Assembly: GCA_035568355.1 (NCBI GenBank)
Contig: DATMOD010000055.1
Span: 9,898-41,897, forward strand
Length of the DNA: 32,000 nt
Direction of reading: 5' to 3'
Source of the DNA: Patescibacteria group bacterium
Lineage (GTDB): Bacteria > Patescibacteriota > Saccharimonadia > Saccharimonadales > EFPC-124
This document shows positions 16,179 through 25,800 of this stretch, one piece after another (the stretch's first letter is position 1; each line of letters starts with the position of its first letter). Under the pieces are notes generated by a model that was given only the letters and a program-made list of their open reading frames with translations, did not search any database and was not told where the DNA came from. Made by a program: the position numbers and the translations under genes.

Positions 16179-16292
16179 CCCACACTTACTTTTTCATATT
16201 GAGAGGGTAAAAGCGTAGTGTAATCGTGACAAGCTATAGCTTGTCACGCGTGTAACGCACTCGAGAGATGAAAAAGTAAGTAAGTATGGGTC
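16177..16292. repeat. Nested inverted-repeat element (~116 nt) between tsaC and the next gene
   Basis: The outer arms CTTACTTTTTCAT (16185-16197) and ATGAAAAAGTAAG (16268-16280) are perfect. They extend to GACCCACA / TATGGGTC with a 4-nt bulge. A central perfect 22-bp palindrome GTGACAAGCTATAGCTTGTCAC sits at 16226-16247. Unpaired segments of 28 and 20 nt lie in between. Confidence 0.8.
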
Positions 16293-16351
16293 AGGATTTA
16301 CTGTTAGCCATCCACTTTCTGATATACTCGAAACAAATCAGGAGAACTATT

Positions 16352-16906
16352 ATGAAAATTAAAATAATCGCCGTTTTAATTGCCGGAGTTGTTATTGTTG
16401 CTGGGGGTCTGTACTTTGTCCGATCTAAAACTAGCAGCACAGCTAACAGTAGTACTCAACCAACAACAGCTTCACAAATGTCAGCTAAAAAAGCCTGCGA
16501 CTTATTTACTCCGGACGATGCCAAGCAAATTATGGGCCCCAATACTGTGAGCACAGCTGGCACGGCTGCAAGTAATATGGCAACGGGTAATTCGGATATT
16601 AGCGTAACGACTTGTACCTATAATAATACTGGCACGTCTACTACTGCGACTGTTCTGGTCAGATCTGCACTTACAAGTGATGGCAAGACAAGCAACCAAG
16701 CTGGGTATGCTCAAGATAAAAAAATGTATAAGGGTAGTGATGTGAGCACTGTCGGCGAGACTGCATATTATGATACCGACCTAGGCCAACTAGAGTTTAT
16801 AAAGGGCAATAACTGGATAATAGTCACAAGTGGCGGGTTTGGTGCGGCCAACCATAGTCAAGCTCAGGCTACTCAAATTGCTCAGATAATGTTGCAAAAA
16901 CTTTAA
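16352..16906 (+). CDS. Membrane-anchored or secreted Ser/Thr-rich hypothetical protein
   Basis: MKIKIIAVLIAGVVIVAGGLYFV anchor preceded by an SD (caGGAGaactattATG). An S/T-rich linker is followed by a two-Cys domain. The track start 16286 lies inside the upstream hairpin and is unlikely. Confidence 0.6.
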   Translation: MKIKIIAVLIAGVVIVAGGLYFVRSKTSSTANSSTQPTTASQMSAKKACDLFTPDDAKQIMGPNTVSTAGTAASNMATGNSDISVTTCTYNNTGTSTTATVLVRSALTSDGKTSNQAGYAQDKKMYKGSDVSTVGETAYYDTDLGQLEFIKGNNWIIVTSGGFGAANHSQAQATQIAQIMLQKL

Positions 16907-16923
16907 TACCAGGAGGTTACTTG

Positions 16924-17385
16924 ATGACGTACGATATTCCAGGCCAAGACCAACTTGAAATCAAAACTATAATTTTGGATTTGAACGGCACGCTGTCGGT
17001 AGCAGGCATCGTTCCTGAGGGCGTCAAAGAAAGGCTAGCCAAGTTAAAACTGGCTGGCTTTAAACTGGTTTTCTTTACTGGCAACACAAGGAACGATGCT
17101 GATGAGCTTTCTGCTGATCTAGATATCGAATGGAGACTGGCTAAAAATGCTGGTGATAAACGAGACTTGGCTTTGGGGCTAGAGCCAGAAACATGTGCAT
17201 CAATCGGCAACGGGCTGATTGATTTGGAGCTTATGAAGTCTGTAAAGTTACGGATTGTTACTTTGCAGGCGGAAGGTGTCCACGTTCAGACAATGTTAAA
17301 TTCAGATATAGTGGTGCCGAATATAAACGACGCACTGGATTTATTTATTGATCAGCAACGTCTGGTTGCAACCCTAAGGACATAA
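16924..17385 (+). CDS. Small HAD-superfamily protein (soluble P-type-ATPase-like, COG4087-like)
   Basis: IILDLNGTLS (DxDxT-like motif I with Asn at the second Asp), FFTGNTRN, and IGNGLIDLELM (a degenerate GDGxND). AGGAGG lies 7 nt upstream of ATG 16924. The track uses TTG 16921. Confidence 0.6.
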   Translation: MTYDIPGQDQLEIKTIILDLNGTLSVAGIVPEGVKERLAKLKLAGFKLVFFTGNTRNDADELSADLDIEWRLAKNAGDKRDLALGLEPETCASIGNGLIDLELMKSVKLRIVTLQAEGVHVQTMLNSDIVVPNINDALDLFIDQQRLVATLRT

Positions 17386-18300
17386 ATGCACATCGTAACC
17401 TCAGGCTCTAAATATCTTGATATCGACGCATATGCTGGCTGCGTAGCTTATGCCGAACTGCTGCAAAAACAGGGTAGGGAAGCTAGCGCGGTTAGTACGG
17501 CACTGTTGAACGAGAGTATTAGCAAAACTGTGCGTTCGTGGGATGCTCCATTATTAACAAATTACAGGCCATCACAAGACGACACCTTTACGGTTATAGA
17601 TGTTTCCGACTCTGATTATTTTGATAAGATCGTCAAGCTAGAAAACGTTAGCGAGGTTATCGACCATCACCCGGGCTTTGAGCATTACTGGCAAGAGCGC
17701 ATCGGTGATTCTGCTAACATTGAATTTATTGGTGCGGCCTGTACGCTGGTTTATGAGCGCTGGAAAGCATCTGGGTTGCTAGATAAAATGAGTGTTCTAA
17801 GCGCTAGACTGCTCATATGTGGGATTCTTGATAACACATTGAACTTTGGCGCAAAGGTCACTACATCTCGCGATAGGGAAGCTTACGACGTACTGCTATC
17901 TAATGCAGACTTACCAGATGATTGGACGGCTGCGTACTTTACAGAGTGCCAACAGACTATCTTGCAAGATGCCGTAGGGGCAATAAAAAACGACACCAAA
18001 ATAGTACAGTTCAAGTCATTTACTCGGCCTATTTGTTTTGGTCAGATTGTTGTTTGGAATAGTGAACAAGTTTTGGCAAAACATCAAGATATTCTTAAAG
18101 AAACACTAGCGAGCATGAAGCCTGATTGGTTTATGAATTTAATAAGTGTGGGTGAACAAAAAAGTTATTTTGTATCTGATAACGCCGAAGTTCAAGCTTG
18201 GTTATCGAACCTGCTTGGTGTAAATTTTGATGGTTCTGTAGCGATTGCCGATCGTTTGTGGCTCAGAAAAGAAGTGATAAAGCAGGATTTGCAGATATAA
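17386..18300 (+). CDS. DHH/DHHA2 family phosphoesterase, family II inorganic pyrophosphatase-like
   Basis: Collinear with Bacillus-type PpaC as I remember it: GSKYLDIDAYAGCVAYA (the first His ligand is replaced by Ser), VIDVSD, VIDHHPG, GILDNTLNF and a C-terminal LRKEVIKQ. Confidence 0.7.
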   Translation: MHIVTSGSKYLDIDAYAGCVAYAELLQKQGREASAVSTALLNESISKTVRSWDAPLLTNYRPSQDDTFTVIDVSDSDYFDKIVKLENVSEVIDHHPGFEHYWQERIGDSANIEFIGAACTLVYERWKASGLLDKMSVLSARLLICGILDNTLNFGAKVTTSRDREAYDVLLSNADLPDDWTAAYFTECQQTILQDAVGAIKNDTKIVQFKSFTRPICFGQIVVWNSEQVLAKHQDILKETLASMKPDWFMNLISVGEQKSYFVSDNAEVQAWLSNLLGVNFDGSVAIADRLWLRKEVIKQDLQI

Positions 18301-18302
18301 TT

Positions 18303-18683
18303 TTACCCCAGAAAAGCCAACGCCAACGCTGCAAACAGTAGACCGACATCCCTGAATGAGATAGCCAGCAGACTAAGGTTAGAGAATATAATGCCCGCAA
18401 GTGTTAGGGCGCTCAACAAGGCTGCGTAACGAGTTAATTTACCGCTAAGTAGCCATAAGACCAGTACTAGTTGATAAACTGATACGGCTTTTAGTAACTT
18501 ATCTGAGTCGATAATATTGATTGGTAGATGCGGCAAATAACCAATCCAATCGCTAGGATGTATTAACGAATCTATGGCTGCATAAGCAAATACTACAGAC
18601 AATCCTACTCGTAAAAAAAGTGAAGCGAATTTTTGACCAGTATCTTTTGGTAAAGACGATTTTGCCAGCATATTATTGAACAA
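18303..18683 (-). CDS. DoxX-like small integral membrane protein
   Basis: Four hydrophobic segments. The FLRVGLSVVFAYAAIDSL start is typical of DoxX-like proteins. The ORF overlaps the upstream cupredoxin-like gene by 11 nt. Confidence 0.5.
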   Translation of the reverse strand: MFNNMLAKSSLPKDTGQKFASLFLRVGLSVVFAYAAIDSLIHPSDWIGYLPHLPINIIDSDKLLKAVSVYQLVLVLWLLSGKLTRYAALLSALTLAGIIFSNLSLLAISFRDVGLLFAALALAFLG

Positions 18684-19071
18684 TAATTTTACCAGTAACT
18701 TGCGGGGATAGGTGGTTGTGATAGCCGAACGAACCCTTTTTTGTGACCGTAAATGTTTTGGTTTGACCTGATGGTACTGACCCTATATTAAGATCAGTAT
18801 CGTCGGTGTGTATTGGATGTGGGTTAGAGTCGAATTGCAGCTCGGTAGCTGAGTTATTAGTAACAGACACAACGCCACCCGAATTTATTGTTGTAACTGA
18901 TGGGCTAAAACCGCTATCAGAATAGGTGATAGTAGCCGTATTGTTAGAGGTGCTGTTCGTAGATGAGCTGGGAGGTGCTGTAGTTGGGCTAGTGTTATTT
19001 TTATAGACGAACCAGAGAGCTCCGGCTATTGCTATCAGTATAATTGTTCCAATAATCCATAACTTCTTCAT
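18673..19071 (-). CDS. Membrane-anchored cupredoxin-like domain protein
   Basis: N-terminal TM helix, then an S/T/N-rich linker. The ~85-aa beta-domain ITYSDSGFSPSVTTINSGGVVSVTNNSATELQFDSNPHPIHTD...GSFGYHNHLSPQVTGKIIV resembles the EfeO/plastocyanin-like cupredoxin fold, with His residues but no Cys ligand. Confidence 0.55.
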   Translation of the reverse strand: MKKLWIIGTIILIAIAGALWFVYKNNTSPTTAPPSSSTNSTSNNTATITYSDSGFSPSVTTINSGGVVSVTNNSATELQFDSNPHPIHTDDTDLNIGSVPSGQTKTFTVTKKGSFGYHNHLSPQVTGKIIVQ

Positions 19072-19172
19072 AATTTTAATACACCCATTAACTTAACAAG
19101 TTTATTGTAACTCTTAATGTCTTGTTTATAAAACTACCCGGGTTAGTCTGTTGTTTAATTTACCAGACCTGA

Positions 19173-20228
<1,056 letters not shown>

Positions 20229-20267
20229 TCTCTCGGTTTTTTTGAATGGTTTGGCTTTGTTCTGCAC

Positions 20268-20352
20268 CGTCATCCCCGGCTATGACCGGGGATCCAGTTT
20301 GAAGGAAGAATTCCATATTTGTCCTGGATTTCCAATCAAGTTGGGAATGACG
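20268..20352. repeat. Palindromic repeat element, intergenic copy (85 bp), in opposite orientation to the argS copy
   Basis: Its reverse complement aligns with 21880-21960. The left arm matches at 25/28 positions and the right arm at 26/30. The central AT-rich loops are unrelated. Confidence 0.85.
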
Positions 20353-20443
20353 ATACAAGAGTAGAGATAGTTCTTCTAGAAGACTGTCTTCTAACAGAGA
20401 GACTTTTCTGTCTTACCGGGGTGACGGGGTAGTTGGTATACAG

Positions 20444-20449
20444 TATAAT
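20444..20449 (+). promoter_or_regulatory. -10 hexamer TATAAT 7 nt upstream of the argS ATG 20457, with a -35-like GTGACG at 20421-20426
   Basis: GTGACG, a 17-nt spacer, TATAAT, then aagcacc and ATG. No SD. Confidence 0.5.
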
Positions 20450-20456
20450 AAGCACC

Positions 20457-22247
20457 ATGTCTTATGCTGTCGAAAAACAATTGGCTGAAGTAGCCAAAAC
20501 TATCAAAAAGATACTAAGTGTTGCTGAATTGCCAGCTATAGAGATTGCGAATTCAAAGTTCGATGCCGACTTTGCTTTGCCGTGTTTTACTCTGGCACGT
20601 GATTTGCATAAAAAACCACAAGAAATTGCCGAGCAGATTGTTGTCGGGCTCAATCATCCCGTAATTGCCAAGGCAGAAGCTAAAGCCGGGTTTGTTAATC
20701 TGTGGCTGAGTGATAGCGCCCTAGGATCTGCTCTAGGTGAGATCGTAACTAAACCTACCTACGGTGCTCAAAAGCTGCTTGATAAGCAAAAGATACTTAT
20801 AGAGGTGTATTCTACCAATCCTTTCAAAGATCTACATATTGGCCATGCTTATAATTCGATCGTGGGTGATACACTGGCTAATATTTTTAAGCTAGGTGGT
20901 GCTGATCTGCATCGTGTGAGCTATGGCGGCGATGTTGGCTTGCATGTGGGCAAGAGCATGTGGGCAATCCTTCGATATCTAGAAGGAGATATTTCTAAGC
21001 TGGACGTTGTAAAGTCTGGTGACCGTCCGGCATTCTTAAGTCGCATGTATGTAGAAGGGGCTGGTCAGTACGAAGAAGATTCAATCATCCGCCAGCAAAT
21101 AGACGTACTTGCCAGACAATCTTTTGTGCAAGATGATGCGTTTTTTAAGCAGGTCTACGAGATTTGCCGACAGTGGAGTTTTGATTATATTCATAAGATG
21201 ATCAAAAAAATGGGTAGTCAGCTCGCCGAGAGGGAGTATTGGGAAAACGAGGCTGATAAACTAGGTCGCCAGATAGTCGAGACTCACATCGGTGACGTGT
21301 TTGAGCGCAGTGAAGGCGCGATTGTCTTTAAGGGCGAGACCTACGGGTTGCATACTAGGGTTTTTATTACCTCGCATGATACGACGTTGTACGAAGCGCG
21401 CGATCTTGGGCTCATGCAACTCAAAGAGCAAGAGTATAACCCAGATAAAAGTTATTATCTTACGGCCGAAGAACAACGAGACTATTTTAAGGTTGTTTTA
21501 AAAGCAGCGCAGCTAAGCCTGCCCGAGCTAAAAGACAAGTCTGTTAACATATCGACCGGTACTGTCAAATTGAGTACTGGAAAGATGAGTAGCCGTACTG
21601 GTAAGGTTGTGAATATCGAAGGTTTGTTCAAAGAACTTAGCGAGGCCTTGAAAGCTCGCGGTGCAGAAGAAGACAATCTGCAAGCCGGGATTGTTGGCGC
21701 TCTGCGCTACGCCATGTTAAAAGTGCGGATTGGCGGTGATATTATCTTTGATATTAACGAATCAATCAGCCTCGAGGGTAACTCTGGCCCATATCTGCAG
21801 TATGCTCATGCTCGTGGTCGTAGTATTTTAGCTAAGCTTGCCGATAGTTCATCGACTGAAAAGTCATCGTCTTCTTCCAGTCATCCCCGACTTGATTGGG
21901 AATCCAGTAAGAAAAAAAGTTCATTATTAACTGGATCCCCGATCGGAGTCGGGGATGACGAAACAGGAGAAAAAACGTTTGTGGACTTTACTGCCGATGA
22001 ACACAAACTGGCAATCAAAGTTCTAGAATATCCAACTATAACGGCCAAAGCTATCAGCGAATTAGCGCCGCATCATATTTGTAATTATCTTTACGAGTTG
22101 ACTCAGCAGTTCAACCGTTTTTATGAACATAATCGGATCATTGGCGACCCACGCCAAAACCAAAGGGCCGAGTTGGTTAATTCTTACTGCCAGGTCTTAG
22201 AAAATGGGCTTGGTGTGCTTGGTATTCCAGCACCAGAAAGGTTATAA
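20457..22247 (+). CDS. argS: Arginine--tRNA ligase
   Basis: Class I signature NPFKDLHIGHAYNSIVGD (HIGH), KMSSRTGK (KMSKS-like), YLQYAHARGRSIL, and a C-terminal DALR-type anticodon-binding region ending in GIPAPERL. I prefer ATG 20457. The track uses TTG 20433. Confidence 0.9.
   Translation: MSYAVEKQLAEVAKTIKKILSVAELPAIEIANSKFDADFALPCFTLARDLHKKPQEIAEQIVVGLNHPVIAKAEAKAGFVNLWLSDSALGSALGEIVTKPTYGAQKLLDKQKILIEVYSTNPFKDLHIGHAYNSIVGDTLANIFKLGGADLHRVSYGGDVGLHVGKSMWAILRYLEGDISKLDVVKSGDRPAFLSRMYVEGAGQYEEDSIIRQQIDVLARQSFVQDDAFFKQVYEICRQWSFDYIHKMIKKMGSQLAEREYWENEADKLGRQIVETHIGDVFERSEGAIVFKGETYGLHTRVFITSHDTTLYEARDLGLMQLKEQEYNPDKSYYLTAEEQRDYFKVVLKAAQLSLPELKDKSVNISTGTVKLSTGKMSSRTGKVVNIEGLFKELSEALKARGAEEDNLQAGIVGALRYAMLKVRIGGDIIFDINESISLEGNSGPYLQYAHARGRSILAKLADSSSTEKSSSSSSHPRLDWESSKKKSSLLTGSPIGVGDDETGEKTFVDFTADEHKLAIKVLEYPTITAKAISELAPHHICNYLYELTQQFNRFYEHNRIIGDPRQNQRAELVNSYCQVLENGLGVLGIPAPERL
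21880..21960. repeat. Palindromic repeat element inserted in frame inside argS (81 bp, 27 codons)
   Basis: GTCATCCCCGACTTGATTGGGAATCCAG, a 23-nt AT-rich loop, then CTGGATCCCCGATCGGAGTCGGGGATGACG. The arms pair over about 28 bp with 3 G.T pairs, 1 mismatch and 1 bulge. The element encodes (S)HPRLDWESSKKKSSLLTGSPIGVGDD(E). Confidence 0.85.
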
Positions 22248-22250
22248 CCT

Positions 22251-22811
22251 GTGGTTGATTTAAAACGTGTTACCCCCGATAAAATACTCTGGTTAGATTT
22301 AGAGATGACCGGCCTAAATCCTGAAAAAGACAGGATTGTTGAGGTGGCGGCGATGGTCACGGATTGGCAATTTAAAGAGCTAGAGACTTTTGAGAGCTTA
22401 ATTGCTCACGATGCAAAAGAGATAGAGGCTCTAATTAACGCTAACCCGTGGTATAAAAAATTTCCTCAGCACAAAACAGACTTTTTAAAAGCAGCGACTC
22501 ACGGTATGGCGGAGATAGAGGTGCAGAAGCAATTACTAGAGCTGATTAACCGCCATTTCGCCCCAAACATGCCAGCCTTACTAGCTGGTAACTCAATCCA
22601 CTGTGATCGTGGTTTTATTAAACAGTGGTGGCCGGATGTAGATGCTAGATTACATTACCGCATGCTAGATGTTAGCGCCTGGAAGGTAGTTATGATTGCC
22701 AAATATAACCGGCAATACCAAAAGAAAGAAACTCATCGAGCAATGTCTGATGTGTGTGAATCAATCGCCGAATTGCAATACTATCTTGAAAGCTGTTCGT
22801 CTACAAAATAG
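22251..22811 (+). CDS. orn: Oligoribonuclease
   Basis: LWLDLEMTGLNPEKDRIVEVAAMVTD (ExoI), GNSIHCDRGFI (ExoII) and HRAMSDVCESIAELQYY (ExoIII). The start is GTG. Confidence 0.9.
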   Translation: MVDLKRVTPDKILWLDLEMTGLNPEKDRIVEVAAMVTDWQFKELETFESLIAHDAKEIEALINANPWYKKFPQHKTDFLKAATHGMAEIEVQKQLLELINRHFAPNMPALLAGNSIHCDRGFIKQWWPDVDARLHYRMLDVSAWKVVMIAKYNRQYQKKETHRAMSDVCESIAELQYYLESCSSTK

Positions 22812-22822
22812 CTTATATTGCG

Positions 22823-22868
22823 CAACCCTCGATCAGGTCGGGGGCAGGCTTTGATTTGGGCATCCAGG
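22823..22868. repeat. Degenerate or partial copy of the palindromic repeat family
   Basis: ACCCTCGATCAGGTCGGGGG resembles the right-arm end CCCCGATCGGAGTCGGGG. TTTGATTTGGGCATCCAG resembles the left-arm core CTTGATTGGGAATCCAG. The order is permuted relative to full copies. Confidence 0.5.
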
Positions 22869-22892
22869 ATAAAAACGATTTCTTATAAATCC

Positions 22893-25800
22893 TTATAACC
22901 CAGGTGTCGTAACGGTAGTAGACGGTGTAGTGGCTGGAGTAGTCGTAGGTACAGAATTAGTTACCGGCGCTGTTATGGTTGTAACTGGTGCGGTAGTGGC
23001 TGCTGGGGTAGCCGAGGGTGTGCTAGCAGCCGGAACCGACTGCACTTGCTTTAGTTGATCCTGAGTTTGTTTAAGCTGAGTTTCTAATTGTGTTTGGGTG
23101 TCTTTAAGCTGCTGTAGCTGGGCATTTACATCACCTTTTAATTGTTGAATGTTACCGTCGAGCTGTTGTTTATAGGCATTAAATTGCTGTTGTATGGCAG
23201 CGGCTTTGGCAACGAATTCGTCTGACAATTGTTGCTCGTACTGTCTAAACTGATCCTGGTTGAACTGGAGTGTGCTTGGTATGCTCGACCAATTAACTGA
23301 GGCATCTATTAGATGACTGATTTGTGCCTGAGCGGTCACCTGTGTTTGATTTATAGCAGACACACTTGTCTTTAGCTGATTAACATCGGCTGATAACCCA
23401 TCTACTTGAGTTTTTGTATCAGACTGAGCTTTTTGTAAAACGGCTATTGGTTGTGCTAGCTGATTTCTTAAATCCACTGTGGCCTGAGCCTGAGCATTTA
23501 GTTGTATCTGAGTACCAAGCTGGACATTCTGTATATCTGTTATAGCATTCTTGACCTGGCCAACACTACCACCTAGGGCAGCTAGGTCTAATTTAATCTG
23601 AGACTGGCCCGCATTTAGCTCACCGATAGCCTGGCGAACTTGGGTACTCAGTGCAGCTATGCCGTCATTCATCTGTGTTTGAGCAGTGATTTGGGCTGAA
23701 TGAATAGCATCGATTGACTGCTGTAATTCTGATCGAGCTGTTTTAGTGTCTGCGATATTACTTTTGATTTGCTGTCCGGCTTGATCCAAAATTGCCTGGA
23801 CATCTTTAAGTTGTTGAGTTAGTGATACGCTCCCGACAGCAAGATTCTGCATTTTACTGTCGGCCTTATCTTGAGCGGCTTGCAATACGTTAATAGAAGC
23901 CTGCATTTGATCTTTTAGCACTTGTTTGTCGTTAATCTGATCGTTTAGGTTGCTCAGCAACTGTGCTTGAGCCGTCTTGATGCCATTAACTTGTTGATTA
24001 GTGGCGTCGTTGAGTTGACTGTGTAGTGCACTGACATCATTGAGCTGCTTTTGCATGGCGCTCACGGCTGCAGTTTGGTTAGAAGTCACTTGGTTGACGG
24101 CATTAGTAGTATCAGTCTTTAGGGCGGCGTAAGTTGTAGCTGAAAGGCTTAGTTTGGCTTGCAAGCCTGCAATTTGATTGGCCTGGGCAACCAGTGCTTG
24201 TTCTAGCTGGCCCTGAGTACTAGCTGTTGCGCTACCGGCGCTAGCAAGTTGGTTTTGTAGGCTGGTGATATTCTGATTTGTTGTTTGTTGGATAGAATCA
24301 AGCGAACTAGATAGGCTAGATAATTGGCTGGTTGCTCCTTGCTGAGCACTGTTCACAGCACCAAGGCTGGATTGGATGGTGGCCAAAGTTTGGGTTTGAG
24401 CTGCCTGAGCACTAGCAACTGATTGCTGCAATGTTTGCTGCAGGGCATTATTGGCGATTACATATTGGCCGAGCTTGTTCTGGGCGTCGGTAGCGCTGCT
24501 AAGGGATTGTTTTAAGGCGTCTTTTAATGCAGCTACCTGGGCAGTTGTAGCGTCGTTGGTATTGCCGAGTGCTGCTAGCTTGCTATTAAATGTTTGTTGC
24601 ACGTTGGCCAATTCTTTGGTAAGGTCGGGCACTATGGCTTGTGGCGTGGTGGGGGTACTAGTGGCAGTAATAAGTTGCTGTTGTATGGTGGCCATTTGCT
24701 TGGCAACGTCGGCACGGATGGAGTCTACGCTTTGTGTAGCTAATGGGGCTATAAGTGGTGTAGTAATTTGGGCTAGTGTGGCGGTGGCGGTATTGGCTAT
24801 GGCCTCTACGGTGGCAAAAGACTTAAGGTCCTTGGCTTGTTGCTGAAAATCACCTTGGGTTGCGGTAACCTGTGAACTTGTCCAGCCTGGAGGCAAGGCC
24901 AGGTAGGACATGCCTGAGCGTACCGAATTTAATATCTCTAGCTGTACTCGCTGCATTAGATCATAATTGCCGGTAACAGCACTTGTTAGCTGTAAGACTT
25001 GGCCAAATAATTGTTTGGCGTCGGTTGTGGCGGTTTGCCCAGCAGTTAGAGGCTTCCAGGCGTCGTAAAGTATTTTGCGTACAGGGCTTAGAGAGTTAGG
25101 GTCCAATTTTGATAGATCATCTGCCAGGTTAGGTGTTATATTCAAGCCATAAACAAGTGGCATAATGTAGGAACGGCTGGCGTCGCGAGGCAAGAGTTGT
25201 CCAAATTTATAACTGGTTAGATAGTCTTTGATCATTTGTTTTTGCTGGGCAGTCGGTATAATCATCTTGGCGAAAATCGCTACTTTGCGTAGTTCGTCAA
25301 ACTCTACGCTGGCCGTAAAGCGAGGTGCATCCTTAGGGGCAAGCTCAGTGACAAGGTCGTAGTTGATGGCATAAATTGCGCTGGATGGTACTTGCCCAGA
25401 CTCGGCTAGGCCACGAACTGTCGTCAGCAACTGGCGGTTGGATGTAGCCTTGGTAAATAGATTGGTTAGTTCGTCGTGGGTTAAGAACCCTTGGCTGACC
25501 AGTTTGGTGAGCTGTGTAACGTCGGTGGGCGAGACAGGGGATTTGCCCAGAGCATCTTGCACGGTTGCCAAACTACTCTGCACAGTATTAATAGCTTGCA
25601 ATACAGAAGCCTGAGCTTCGGGTGGCGCATTCAACCGTAGTTTTTCGAGTGTCATGTAAGTATTGACCATGCCTGTTTCGGCCCACTTAGATTTGTCTTG
25701 GGGTGGCTTTATGCCCTGATCGATTAAATGGCTAAAAGATGATATTTGATCGTTAAAAGTTTGGTTAAATTCGCCTAATAAATTCTGAATGTTTTGGGCA

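Noticed and set aside
16286-16351. Upstream ATG start for the secreted-protein ORF (MGQDLLLAIHFLIYSKQIRRTI…).
   Set aside because: The ATG lies inside the right arm of the 16177-16292 hairpin. The internal ATG 16352 has a GGAG SD and begins a typical signal or anchor sequence.
20229-20456. Possible T-box or other riboswitch leader upstream of argS.
   Set aside because: I found no T-box consensus (AANNNGGGUGGNACCGCG-like) and no specifier/antiterminator layout. A good -35/-10 pair places the likely transcription start at the ATG itself, which would leave no leader.
24451-24846. Track ORF of 131 aa on the plus strand, plus other antisense ORFs of 60-150 aa (for example 4095..4547, 6546..6941, 7572..7871, 15698..16039, 13680..13979, 27890..28270, 30360..30662, 31031..31405).
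   Set aside because: All lie antisense to long ORFs with clear family motifs. They have low-complexity or Cys/Ser-rich compositions typical of shadow frames, and none has a start-site signal.
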